Source: an uncultured Solirubrobacteraceae bacterium (lineage in GTDB: Bacteria > Actinomycetota > Thermoleophilia > Solirubrobacterales > Solirubrobacteraceae). Taken from it: a stretch of DNA of 64,000 nucleotides. The notes under the pieces were generated by a model. It was not told the origin of the DNA, searched no databases, and saw only the letters and a program-made list of their open reading frames with translations. Shown here one piece after another: positions 10,317-19,558 of the stretch. The DNA is taken from NCBI GenBank assembly GCA_963734755.1, contig CAVTIF010000001.1, forward strand, positions 244,885 through 308,884, given 5' to 3'. Made by a program: the position numbers and the translations under genes. The number at the start of each line of letters is the position of its first letter. The stretch's first letter is position 1.

Positions 10317-10556
10317 CTATGTGGGTTGCGCGCGACTTGCGGCGGGTGCGCTGACGAGCAGCTCGTGCTCGCCGACGCGGACGGTGTCACGGTGGCGCAG
10401 CTGGCGCCCGCGCCGGGTCTCGGGTTGGCCGTTGACGGACACGGGCTGGGCGGCGAGCAGCGCCTTGACATCGCTGCCGCTGTCGACGATCCCGGCGAGC
10501 TTGAGCAGCTGTCCGAGGCGGATGGTCTGGCCGCGGATCGGGATCTCGCGAATCAT
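10317..10556 (-). CDS. S4-domain RNA-binding protein (YaaA-like)
   Basis: IRLGQLLKLAGIVDSGSDVK...VNGQPETRRGRQL. Confidence 0.88.
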   Translation of the reverse strand: MIREIPIRGQTIRLGQLLKLAGIVDSGSDVKALLAAQPVSVNGQPETRRGRQLRHRDTVRVGEHELLVSAPAASRAQPT

Positions 10557-10566
10557 GTGCGCGAAT

Positions 10567-12078
10567 CTAGCGCCCCGCCGCGTTGCTGAGCGCGGGCTTG
10601 GCTGCTGGCGACGGCTTGACTGCCGCGGTGCTCTCCCGCGAGGAGCGCCGCGCGCGCAGCCGGCTGGCGGCGGCGAGGTGGTCGACGATCGGCTTGGGGT
10701 AGCGGACACGGCGCAGCTGCTGTGGTCCGAGACGCCAGGGTTCGTGCACGCTGGCGCCGGCGATGTGCGCGAGCTCGGGCAGGTAGCGACGCACGTACTG
10801 ACCGTGGGGGTCGAAGCGGTGGGCTTGGCGCAGCGGGTTGAGCACGCGGTTGGGGCGAGTGTCGTTGCCGGTGCCGGCGACCCATTGCCAGTTGCCGACG
10901 TTGCAGGCGACGTCGGCGTCGAGCAGCAGCTGGGCGAAGTGCGCGGCACCGGCGCGCCAGTCGACGTACAGGATCTTGGTGAGGAAGGAGGCGACGATCA
11001 GTCGTGCACGGTTGTGCATGAACCCCTCTTGCTGGAGCTGGCGCATGCCGGCGTCGACGATCGGATAGCCGGTTAGCCCTTCCTGCCAGGCGTGAAGCGC
11101 TTGCGGATCGTGCTGCCAGCGATCCCCACGCGGGCGGTAGTCAGCGTGCGGGAGGTCGGGCCGCGCGGCGAGCACCTGATGGTGGAAGTCGCGCCAGCAG
11201 AGCTGCCGGGCGAAGCTGTCGGCGTGGGAGTCGCTGCCTTCGTGTGGGTCGCGGCGGGCGTGGGCGTCGCTGCCTTTGTGCGGGTCGCTGTGGGCGTGGG
11301 CGTCGCTGCGGGCGCGGTTGTCGGCCCGCGCGAGCAGGGTGGCGGGCGAGAGGCAGCCGAAGTGCAGGTAGGGGCTTAGACGCGAGGTCCCGTCGTGCGC
11401 GAGCTGATCCCGTCGCAGGTCGTAGCTGGACAGGCCGCGGCTGAGCCAGTGCGTGAGCAACTTGCGTCCGGCTTCCTCTCCGCCGGGCGCGAGGTAGGGA
11501 GCGGGAGGCCCACTGGTGAGGCTGACGAGCGAAGGGAGCCGCGTTGAGCGAACCGCGGACGGCATTGAGATACGGCGCGGGGCGGGGAGCGGGGGGCGGG
11601 GCGGCTGCTGGCGCCAGACCCGCCAGTAGGGCGTGAACACGCGGTAGTGATCGCCGCCGGTGGGCGTCAGCTCGCCGGGCGTGACGACGGTGATGCCGTG
11701 AAACGCGCGCAGCTCGATCCGTGCTCGCCGGCAGGCGACCGCAAGACGCTGTTCTCGCTGGCGGGCGTAGGGTGTGCAGTCGGCACTGATGTAGATCGCG
11801 GAGAGCTGCGACTGGTCGGCGAGCCGCATGGCCTCCTCGACTACGTCTCCGTGCCGCAGCACGAGCCGCGCGCCGCGTTGGCGCAGGGAGCTGTTGAGGT
11901 CGCGCAGGCTGTCGAGCAGGAAGGCGACGCGGTTGGGGGCGCCGCAGCTACGGGCGAGCAGCTGACGGTCGAGCACGAACGCCGGCACGACACTGTCGGC
12001 CTCGCGCACGGCGGCGGCGAGCGCGGGCTGGTCGCGCACGCGCAGGTCGCGCGTGAACAGCACGAGTGCGCCGCTCAT
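10567..12078 (-). CDS. phr: Deoxyribodipyrimidine photolyase (class I cryptochrome/photolyase family)
   Basis: FTRDLRVRDQPAL, TSRLSPYLHFG, LCWRDF, GYPIVDAGMRQL, FMHNRARLIVASFL, NWQWVAGTG. Confidence 0.92.
   Translation of the reverse strand: MSGALVLFTRDLRVRDQPALAAAVREADSVVPAFVLDRQLLARSCGAPNRVAFLLDSLRDLNSSLRQRGARLVLRHGDVVEEAMRLADQSQLSAIYISADCTPYARQREQRLAVACRRARIELRAFHGITVVTPGELTPTGGDHYRVFTPYWRVWRQQPPRPPLPAPRRISMPSAVRSTRLPSLVSLTSGPPAPYLAPGGEEAGRKLLTHWLSRGLSSYDLRRDQLAHDGTSRLSPYLHFGCLSPATLLARADNRARSDAHAHSDPHKGSDAHARRDPHEGSDSHADSFARQLCWRDFHHQVLAARPDLPHADYRPRGDRWQHDPQALHAWQEGLTGYPIVDAGMRQLQQEGFMHNRARLIVASFLTKILYVDWRAGAAHFAQLLLDADVACNVGNWQWVAGTGNDTRPNRVLNPLRQAHRFDPHGQYVRRYLPELAHIAGASVHEPWRLGPQQLRRVRYPKPIVDHLAAASRLRARRSSRESTAAVKPSPAAKPALSNAAGR
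11222..11309. repeat. About 2.5 x 36-bp repeat inside the photolyase, giving a His/Asp-rich insertion
   Basis: GCGTGGG(A/C)GTCGCTGCC unit; protein DAHAHSDPHKGSDAHARRDPHEGSDSH. Confidence 0.8.
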
Positions 12079-12087
12079 CGCGGAGCG

Positions 12088-12255
12088 CGTTCGATCGGCC
12101 GCTCGTTCACCCGTTCGATCGGCCGCTGGTTCACCCGTTCGATCGGCCGCTGGTTCACCCGTTCGATCGGCCGCTGGTTCACCCGTTCGATCGGCCGCTG
12201 GTTCACCCGTTCGATCGGCCGCTGGTTCACCCGTTCGATCGGCCGCTGGTTCACC
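12088..12255. repeat. Tandem repeat, 7 x 24 bp (CGTTCGATCGGCCGCTGGTTCACC), plus a degenerate partial copy
   Basis: Read directly; fills the epimerase-photolyase junction. Confidence 0.97.
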
Positions 12256-13170
12256 CGTGCGACCGGCCGCGTTCTTCATCGAGGGCGCGCGTGAGCGCAT
12301 CGTCGAAGGGCGTCGCCGGAATCTGGAACGGCGCGGCACTGGAGGCGTCGGTGACGACGGTTGCGGTCCGCAGCCCCTCGACGAGCGGGCGGGCGACGTT
12401 GGTGTCGACGGGTGTGACGAGCCCGAGCCATAGCGCGGAGAGCCAGGGCGTGATGAACGGTACGGGCAGCTTGGGACGCGGGCGGATGCCCATCGCGAGG
12501 GCCATCCGGTCGAGCATCTCGCCGTAGGCGAGGATGTCTGGCCCGCCGATCTGCACCTCACGCCCGTTCGACTGGGCCACGTCGGGCGCACGCCGCAGGT
12601 ACTCGACGACGTCGTCGATCGCGATTGGCTGGGTGGCGGTTCTGAGCCAGCTGGGGGCGATCATCACGGGCAGGCGTCTGACTAGGTGGTGCAGGGTGCG
12701 GTAGGACTCACTGTCGGCGCCGACGACCATTGCGGCACGGAAGTAGGTCAGTGGCGGTCCCTCGGCGGCGAGCGTGGTGGCGGTCTGATGGCGGCTGCGC
12801 AGGTGCTCGGAGGTACTGTGGTCGCCGAGGCCGCCGAGGTACACGCTGCGCGGAACGTCCTCGCGTGCGAGCATGCGCGCGAAGTTGACGGCCCCCTGGT
12901 GCTCGCGCTCCTGGAAGCCCTGCCCGCCGGCCATGGCGTGGACGAGGTAGTAGGCGATGTCGACTCCCTCGCCGAGCCCGTCGAGGCTGGCCGCGTCGGT
13001 GACGTCGCCCTGGCGGACGTCGCAGCCGGCGCTCTCGAGGCTCGCCGCTCGAGCACGATCGCGCACGAGGCAGCGGACGCTGACACCGGAGGCGAGCAGC
13101 GCGTCGGTGAGACGACGGCCGATGAAGCCGGTTGCTCCGGTTACGAGCGCGGTGGTTGCGATCTGCCGAG
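12251..13170 (-). CDS. NAD(P)-binding epimerase/dehydratase-like protein (YbjT-like); start codon not evident
   Basis: TALVTGATGFIG, AYYLVHAM, VYLGGLG, TQPIAIDDV, QIGGPD; an in-frame TAA lies just upstream with no ATG/GTG/TTG after it. Confidence 0.8.
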
Positions 13171-13193
13171 GTTAGCTGCAGTGGCGCGGCGGT

Positions 13194-14072
13194 CTACTGG
13201 TGTGGGAAGGCTCCGCTGCCGCTGCCGCTGCCGGTGCCGTTGCGTCGCTCGGCGAGGTCGGGGCCTGTGGTCGTGGTGATTACCGCGGCACTGGCGCCGC
13301 CGAGCGCGCGCCGGACGAGCGCGGGCGCGAGCACGCGCAGCGCGGCGGCGACGGCGTATGGGCGGGGGACGTAGCGCTCGGGTCGGCGGCCGATCCCGGC
13401 TTGGTAGATCGCCTCGGCGGCGCGCTCGGGGGTGGAGACGAGCCAGCGTGTGAGCGGCTTGGCGGTGAGCTCGGACTGGGGGAAGCCCTCGGTGGAGATG
13501 AAGCCGGGGAGGACGAGCCCGACGTGCACGCCGTTGGCGCGCTCCTCGGCCCACAGCGAGTCAGACCAGCCGGCTAGCGCGAACTTGGAGGCGCTGTAGG
13601 CGCCGGAGCCGGCGCGCCCGACGCGGCCGGCGGTGGAGGAGACGTTGACGATCGCTGAGGGCGCGCTCGAGCGCAGCAGTGGCAAGAGTGCCTCGGTGAG
13701 GCGTAGCTGGGCGTCGAAGTTGATCGCCATGGTGCGCCGGACGTTCTCGTAGCCGCCGTCTGCGAATCGCGCTCGCCAGGCGGCGCCGGCGTTGTTGACG
13801 AGCAGGTCGAGTCGGCCGTGATGCTCTTGCACGTGCGCGCGGATGCGCTCTGGCGTGTCGTCGTCGAGCAGGTCGGCGGCGATGAAGCCGACGCGTCGCT
13901 CGCCGAGCTCGGTGGCGAGCTCGCGCAGACGCTCCTCCCGGCGGGCGACTAGCACGAGCGAGGCGCCGGGCTCGCGCGCGAGCCGTCGGGCGGTGGCTTC
14001 ACCGATCCCGCTGGATGCACCGGTCACGAGCATGACGCGGGATTGACCGGCTGGATGGATGCGCTGCGGCAT
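13194..14072 (-). CDS. SDR family oxidoreductase
   Basis: TGASSGIG, NNAG, YSASK. Confidence 0.92.
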   Translation of the reverse strand: MPQRIHPAGQSRVMLVTGASSGIGEATARRLAREPGASLVLVARREERLRELATELGERRVGFIAADLLDDDTPERIRAHVQEHHGRLDLLVNNAGAAWRARFADGGYENVRRTMAINFDAQLRLTEALLPLLRSSAPSAIVNVSSTAGRVGRAGSGAYSASKFALAGWSDSLWAEERANGVHVGLVLPGFISTEGFPQSELTAKPLTRWLVSTPERAAEAIYQAGIGRRPERYVPRPYAVAAALRVLAPALVRRALGGASAAVITTTTGPDLAERRNGTGSGSGSGAFPHQ

Positions 14073-14161
14073 GGCTTCCTCGGTTCAGGTTGGGGGCGTC
14101 GGCGGGATCGGTGCCTACGGTGACGGGCTCGGCTGCTCGCCGCGACCGGTTGTTTCCTGCC

Positions 14162-14243
14162 GCGACGGGCCTGGGTGCCTTCCGCTACCAGCTTGGGTGC
14201 GTGCAGCTACCAGCTTGGGTGGCTGTCGCTACCGGTTGGGGTG
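14162..14243. promoter_or_regulatory. Direct-repeat array with 22-bp period (GCTACCAGCTTGGGTG-like) between divergent genes
   Basis: Copies at 14162 (degenerate), 14184, 14206 and 14228. Confidence 0.55.
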
Positions 14244-14275
14244 CATGCCGGTTAGCCTTTCAGATCGGCAACACG

Positions 14276-15037
14276 ATGAGCTGGCCCGCCTCCAGCGACG
14301 CCCAGGGCGTCGCCTCTCCCCGCAAGCGTCAGGCGCTGGAGTTGTTCCGCGGGCTGCCACGCCGTTACGACGCGCTGTCGGCGGCGCTGAGCTTCTGGCA
14401 GGACCCGCGGTGGCGCCGCGCATTGGTGAGCGCGGTGGCGCCACAGCCGGGCGAGCGCGTGCTGGACGTTGCGACGGGTACGGGGATGGTCGCGGCGGAG
14501 CTGCTTTCGCGTTGCGAGTGCTCGGTCGTGGGCATAGATCAGAGCGCGGAGATGCTGGCGGCGGCGCGGGCGCGCTTCGCCGCGGCGCCGGGTGCTCACG
14601 TGGAGCTTGTGGAAGGGCAGGCGGAGGCGCTGCCGTTCGCCGACGAGAGCTTTGACGCGTTGACGGTCACGTACCTGCTGCGCTACGTCGAGGATCCGCG
14701 CGCGACGATGACGGAGCTTGCGCGGGTCGTGCGGCCGGGCGGACGCGTGGCATCGCTCGAGTTCGGCGTGCCACCGTGGCGGCCGGCGTACGTGGCGTGG
14801 CGGTTCTACACGGCGGTCGGGTTGCCGACGCTCGGGCGGCTGGCGTCTCGTGAATGGGCGGAGGTCGGGCGCTTCCTCGGCCCGAGCATCCGCGGCTTCT
14901 ACGAGCGCCATCCGTTGGAGAGCCTCGTCGGCTACTGGCAGCAGGCCGGCCTGGAGGACGTTCGGGTGCGGCGGATGAGCCTGGGTGGCGGCGTGGTCAT
15001 GTCGGCGCGCAAGCGCGAGCGCGAACACGGGGGCTGA
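14276..15037 (+). CDS. Class I SAM methyltransferase, UbiE/MenG-like
   Basis: YDALSAALSFWQDPRWRR, VLDVATGTG, AEALPF, ELARVVRPGG. Confidence 0.85.
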   Translation: MSWPASSDAQGVASPRKRQALELFRGLPRRYDALSAALSFWQDPRWRRALVSAVAPQPGERVLDVATGTGMVAAELLSRCECSVVGIDQSAEMLAAARARFAAAPGAHVELVEGQAEALPFADESFDALTVTYLLRYVEDPRATMTELARVVRPGGRVASLEFGVPPWRPAYVAWRFYTAVGLPTLGRLASREWAEVGRFLGPSIRGFYERHPLESLVGYWQQAGLEDVRVRRMSLGGGVVMSARKREREHGG

Positions 15038-15043
15038 GCGGCG

Positions 15044-15772
15044 ATGGCGACCCGCGAGCGCCCGGCCTTCTACGCGATCGGCCGCGGTCGCGCGGGCGAG
15101 GTGGTGACGCTGTTGCATCCGCCGTACACGGCGTGGCACCTGAGCTACTTCGCGCTCGGCGCGGCGGCTGCGCCGCGGCTGTACGTCGACCGTCTGCTGT
15201 GGGGTCTTGCGGCGTTCGCACTGGCGGTGGGCGTTGCGGCGCACGCGTTGGACGAGCTGCACGATCGTCCGCTGCGCACGAGCTTCCCTGACCGAACGCT
15301 GCTCGGCCTGGGCGTGGTGGCGCTGCTGGGTGCGGTGGCGATCGGGGTCGCGGGGGTGGTGACGGTGTCGGCGTGGCTGGCGCCGCTGGTGATCGCGGGC
15401 GCGGTGTTCCTGCCGGCGTACAACCTCGAGCTGGCGGGCGGGCGCTTCCACAGCGATCTGTGGTTCGCGGTCGGCTGGGGCGCGTTCCCGGCGTTCACGG
15501 GGTACTTCGTGAACGCGGAGAAGGTGGCGTTTGCAGGTGTGCTGATCGCGGCGGGCTGTCTGGTGATGAGCGTCGCGCAGCGGCGTCTGAGCTCGCCGGC
15601 GCGTGAGCTGCGCAGGCGCACGCTAGCGGTCAGCGGCACTCAGACGATGCGCGACGGAAGCACCGAGGCGCTGTCGCTGGATGGGTTGCTGCGCCCGCTG
15701 GACGGAGCGCTGGCGGCGCTGTCATTGGCGATCGTCGTGACGGCGTGCGCGCTTGTGGTCGCCCGTCTATGA
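15044..15772 (+). CDS. Membrane protein, possibly UbiA-superfamily
   Basis: About 7 TM helices; HALDELHDR resembles the UbiA first acidic motif. Confidence 0.6.
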   Translation: MATRERPAFYAIGRGRAGEVVTLLHPPYTAWHLSYFALGAAAAPRLYVDRLLWGLAAFALAVGVAAHALDELHDRPLRTSFPDRTLLGLGVVALLGAVAIGVAGVVTVSAWLAPLVIAGAVFLPAYNLELAGGRFHSDLWFAVGWGAFPAFTGYFVNAEKVAFAGVLIAAGCLVMSVAQRRLSSPARELRRRTLAVSGTQTMRDGSTEALSLDGLLRPLDGALAALSLAIVVTACALVVARL

Positions 15773-15989
15773 GACGCACGCTCTCGCGTACGTCTCGTGC
15801 AGTGTCCTCGAGCTCTCGCTGGGTCTCGTGCAAGCCGCCGCGGCGTACTACGCGGCCTATCCGCCGGAGGTGGACGGGCGTGTCGCGCGCAATCGCCGCG
15901 AGGCACACGACGCCCACAGTGGATTCCTCGCGGCGCGGGACGCTCTCGGCGGTTGAGACTGCCCGCGATGGGGATCTGCCGCGGTTGGG

Positions 15990-17129
15990 CTACCGATCGA
16001 GCAGATGGGCTCCCGGACCGGGGTGTACACGGAGCGCCTTGACGGGTGGATTGACGCCGGGCGCGAACAGGCCGAGCACACTGCCCCCGAAGCCGCCTCC
16101 GACTACCCGCGCGCCAACGGCGCCGGCGTCGCGCAGCCGCTGAACGGCGGCCTCGACGGCTGGGGTGGAGACCTCGAAGTCATCGCGCAGACTCTCGTGA
16201 GAAGCGGCGAGCAGGCGCCCGACGGCGGGCAGATCGTCGACTTCCAACGCCCTGACCGTGTGCTCCACACGCTCGTTTTCGCCGAACACATGGCGCGCTC
16301 GGCGGCGCAGCGGTTCGGGCAAGCGCTCGACGGCGGTGTGGTCGGCGTCGCGCAGGGACTCCACACCCAGCAGCCGGCACGCCCGCGCGCACTCGTCGCG
16401 GCGCTGGTTGTAGCCGGAGCTGGCATGGACGTGGCGCTCGCCGGAGTCGAGCACGACTAGCTGCCAGTCGCCGAGTCGCAGCGGGACCGGTTGGACGCTG
16501 AGCGTGCGGAAGTCGATGTACAGCGCCTTCTCACGCGCTCCGTACAACGACGCCAGCTGGTCGAGCAGGCCGGTGCGCGCGCCTACCCAGTCGTTCTCGA
16601 CCCGCGCGCACAGGCGTGCAAGCTCGGTTCGATTGACATCCCCGGTCTCCTCGGCCTCCCCGGCATCCCCGGCATGCCCGGTCTCCTCGGCATCCCCGGT
16701 CTCCCCGGCCTGGTCGCCGTCGTCGGGCGAGCCGAGCTCGATCAGCGCGAGACACAGCGCGACCTCGAGCGCGGCGGAGGAGGACAGCCCGGCGCCGGGC
16801 TCCAGCCCGCCGCTGATCTCCAGGCGGGCGCCGATGAGTGGGAAGCCCGCACGGGTGAGCTCGGCGACGGTTCCCCGGACGAACGCCCGCCATCCGGGCG
16901 CGGGCCCGGGCTCGGCAAGGCCGAACTCGTCGCGCTCGTCCAGATCGAGCGCGTACGCGCTGACGCGCTGACGCTCGGGCGAGTCCACGTCTGCCGCCTG
17001 TGCGTCGGCGCGCACGGTGACGCCGTCGGCGATCGCGAACGGCAGCGCGAGGCCTTGGTTGTAGTCGGTGTGCTCGCCGATCAGGTTGACGCGCCCGGGC
17101 GCGAATGCGGCGCTTCGCTTACGCGGCAC
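15990..17129 (-). CDS. galK: Galactokinase
   Basis: APGRVNLIGEHTDYN, PGAGLSSSAALE, GLLDQL, GARVVGGGFGG. Confidence 0.95.
   Translation of the reverse strand: MPRKRSAAFAPGRVNLIGEHTDYNQGLALPFAIADGVTVRADAQAADVDSPERQRVSAYALDLDERDEFGLAEPGPAPGWRAFVRGTVAELTRAGFPLIGARLEISGGLEPGAGLSSSAALEVALCLALIELGSPDDGDQAGETGDAEETGHAGDAGEAEETGDVNRTELARLCARVENDWVGARTGLLDQLASLYGAREKALYIDFRTLSVQPVPLRLGDWQLVVLDSGERHVHASSGYNQRRDECARACRLLGVESLRDADHTAVERLPEPLRRRARHVFGENERVEHTVRALEVDDLPAVGRLLAASHESLRDDFEVSTPAVEAAVQRLRDAGAVGARVVGGGFGGSVLGLFAPGVNPPVKALRVHPGPGAHLLDR
16638..16709. repeat. About 8 x 9-bp degenerate repeat inside galK, giving an acidic Gly-rich insertion
   Basis: (A/C)T(C/G)C(C/T)CGG(T/C) units; protein AGETGDAEETGHAGDAGEAEETGD. 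Confidence 0.8.
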
Positions 17130-18048
17130 TGGCGATCGCCTCGCGCAGCCTGGCGGCGGACTCCTCGGGCAGCGTGTCGGAGATGAACGTGCCGGCGCCC
17201 TGCTCGGAGCCGGCAAGGTACTTGAGCTTCTCTGCGGTGCGCAGCGGCGGGTAGAACTCGACGTGCAGGTGCCCGTGTCCGGTCCCCACCTCGGCGTCCC
17301 GGCTGGCTGTAGGCGCCTGGTGCACGGCCATCACGTAGGGGAACGGCCTGTCGAACAGCGCGTCGTAGCCGCGGACGAGCGTTTGCAGCGCGTCGGCCAG
17401 CAGGCGTAGCTCCTCGGGCTGGCAGTCGAGCAGGCTGGCGCGGTGCTCGCGCATGACGACGTGCGCTTCGTAGGCCCAGCGGGCTGCGTGTGGCACAAAC
17501 ACCACCACGCTGCCGTTCTCGTGCACTACCCGCTGTCCGTCTTGGAGCTCTCTGGCGAGCAGCGTGCACGGCGCACAGCCACCGAGGCGATCGTCGGCGG
17601 CGAGCTCGAGCTGCGGCACGGGCGGCACGAACGGATAGCCGTAGATCTGGCCGTGGGGGTGATGCAGCGTGACGCCGACCTCGACGCCGCGGTTCTCGAA
17701 GATGAACACGTAGTCGATGTCCTCGCGCGCGCCGAGCTCGGCGTAGCGATGGCGCCACACCCACATCAGGTCCTCGGCTCGCGCGGGTGCGAGCGTGCCG
17801 AACGACCCGTCGTGGTTGTCTGTGTAGACGACGACCTCGGCTGCGCCTTCGGGTGCCTCGAAGGCAGGGAAGCGATTGTCGAAGACGGCGATCTCGAACG
17901 CGGGGAACGGGATCTCGGTCTGTGGGCCTCCGGGGATGGTGGGACACAGAGGACAGTGGTCTCGCGAGGGCAGGAACGTGCGCTCCTGGCGGTGGATCGC
18001 GTACACGACGTGCTCGCCGTGCAGCTCCTCGAAGCGCAGCTCGCTCAC
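17119..18048 (-). CDS. galT: Galactose-1-phosphate uridylyltransferase
   Basis: FDNRFP, FENRGVEVGVTLHHPHGQIY, KLKYLAGSE. Confidence 0.95.
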   Translation of the reverse strand: MSELRFEELHGEHVVYAIHRQERTFLPSRDHCPLCPTIPGGPQTEIPFPAFEIAVFDNRFPAFEAPEGAAEVVVYTDNHDGSFGTLAPARAEDLMWVWRHRYAELGAREDIDYVFIFENRGVEVGVTLHHPHGQIYGYPFVPPVPQLELAADDRLGGCAPCTLLARELQDGQRVVHENGSVVVFVPHAARWAYEAHVVMREHRASLLDCQPEELRLLADALQTLVRGYDALFDRPFPYVMAVHQAPTASRDAEVGTGHGHLHVEFYPPLRTAEKLKYLAGSEQGAGTFISDTLPEESAARLREAIASAA

Positions 18049-18224
18049 GGCGCGTCGGGCTCGGCGTGTGTGTACAGAATCAGCGCGCGTCCGTCGTCTT
18101 TGGCGTGGCGGGTCACGGAGACGGGTCCCGTGTGCTCGTGCGGCGGCCCCGGCGTGCGATTCGCCTCTTCTGCGGCGGGTTCCGACCGGCGGCTCGGCTG
18201 CGGCTCGACGGGTTTCGTGGGCAT
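18045..18224 (-). CDS. Small hypothetical protein coupled to galT
   Basis: TGA overlaps the galT GTG; ...RHAKDDGRALILYT. Confidence 0.5.
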   Translation of the reverse strand: MPTKPVEPQPSRRSEPAAEEANRTPGPPHEHTGPVSVTRHAKDDGRALILYTHAEPDAP

Positions 18225-18416
18225 CTGTCGAGGGTATACCCAAGGCAACGTGCGTTTCGTCACGATGCGAAAAGGAGCCCGGATGGTGGGTTTCGCGAAA
18301 TCTAAGTACGCAATTTGCGTCAATGCGGGGATTGACTATAGGCGCGCGCGGCGCGAAGGTAGGTCATGACGCTGCGCCGCGGACACGCGGCCCGATCGAG
18401 CAAAAGGGAGGCCCAC

Positions 18417-19556
18417 ATGTCAGATACCACCCAGGCCCACGAAGCGGTGGAGCGCGTCGGGAGTTCCGAGCAGTCGTTGGTCGAGAGACCGGGGTTCGAT
18501 CGACGAGCGTTCCTGCAGCGCACGGCGCTGACCGGTGCGGCCGTCGGCGGCGTCAGCACCCTGCTGGCCGCGTGTGGATCGAGCGCCTCGAGCAGCGGCA
18601 GCGGCGGAGCGGTGGCGGTGTTCGGCTCGGTCCCGAAACTGAAATTCGTGTTCGTCAACCACGTGACGACGAACCCGTTCTTCGTGCCGACGCAGTACGG
18701 CGCGGCGGACGCGTGCAGCTTGCTCGGCTGCAGCTACCAGTGGACGGGCTCTGAAAGCAGCAACGTCAACCAGATGGTCAACGCGATCAACACTGCGATC
18801 ACGGGCGGGGCGGATGGCATCGCGGTCGCGCTGATCGATTTGCATGCGTTCAACGGCCCGGTGGAATCGGCGCTGAAGGCGGGCATTCCGGTTGTCGCGT
18901 ACAACGCGGACGCGCCGAGCAACAAGCGGCTCGCCTACATCGGTCAGGACTTGAAACTGGCGGGAGAAAAAATGGGCGAACGGATCGTGGCGGCGGTCGG
19001 GTCGGGAGACGTGGCGCTGTTCATCGCGACGCCTGGCTCGGCGAACCTGCAGCCACGCATCGAAGGCGCGGAAAAGGCGATCAAGGACTCGGGCAAGCCG
19101 ATCACCGTGCACACGGTCGCGACGGGTGCGGCGGTGCCGGGCGAGCTGTCGGCAATCGAAGCGTATTGGCAGGGTCACCAGAGCACCAAGGGCATGTACG
19201 CGGTCGACGGCGGCAGCACGGAAAGCCTCGCCAAAGTGATGCAGAAATTCGGCCTGGCGGGCAAAGGCGTGAAGGCCGGCGGCTTCGACCTGACCGAACA
19301 GACGCAGAAGTTGCTGCAGGAAGGCAACATCGAATTCACTATCGATCAGCAGCCTTACCTCCAGGGGTTCCTGCCGATCCTGCAGCTGTACATGTGGCAC
19401 GCGTCGGGCACGCTGACAGGGCCCGCGGAAACGGATACGGGCCTGAAGTTCCTGAACAAAGAAACGGTCGCGCCGTACGTCGAATCGAAGACCCGCTACG
19501 AGGGAACCTCCTCGGCGGTCAAAGTGGTGGCGATCAAGGCGGGCACGGCCGCGTAA
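18417..19556 (+). CDS. Sugar ABC transporter substrate-binding lipoprotein with Tat signal
   Basis: DRRAFLQR signal, LAAC lipobox, NPFF, IDQQPYLQGF. Confidence 0.9.
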   Translation: MSDTTQAHEAVERVGSSEQSLVERPGFDRRAFLQRTALTGAAVGGVSTLLAACGSSASSSGSGGAVAVFGSVPKLKFVFVNHVTTNPFFVPTQYGAADACSLLGCSYQWTGSESSNVNQMVNAINTAITGGADGIAVALIDLHAFNGPVESALKAGIPVVAYNADAPSNKRLAYIGQDLKLAGEKMGERIVAAVGSGDVALFIATPGSANLQPRIEGAEKAIKDSGKPITVHTVATGAAVPGELSAIEAYWQGHQSTKGMYAVDGGSTESLAKVMQKFGLAGKGVKAGGFDLTEQTQKLLQEGNIEFTIDQQPYLQGFLPILQLYMWHASGTLTGPAETDTGLKFLNKETVAPYVESKTRYEGTSSAVKVVAIKAGTAA

Positions 19557-19558
19557 CC

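Noticed and set aside
12088-12274. 24-bp repeat array as a CRISPR
   Set aside because: Units are head-to-tail with no unique spacers, and there are no cas genes in the window.
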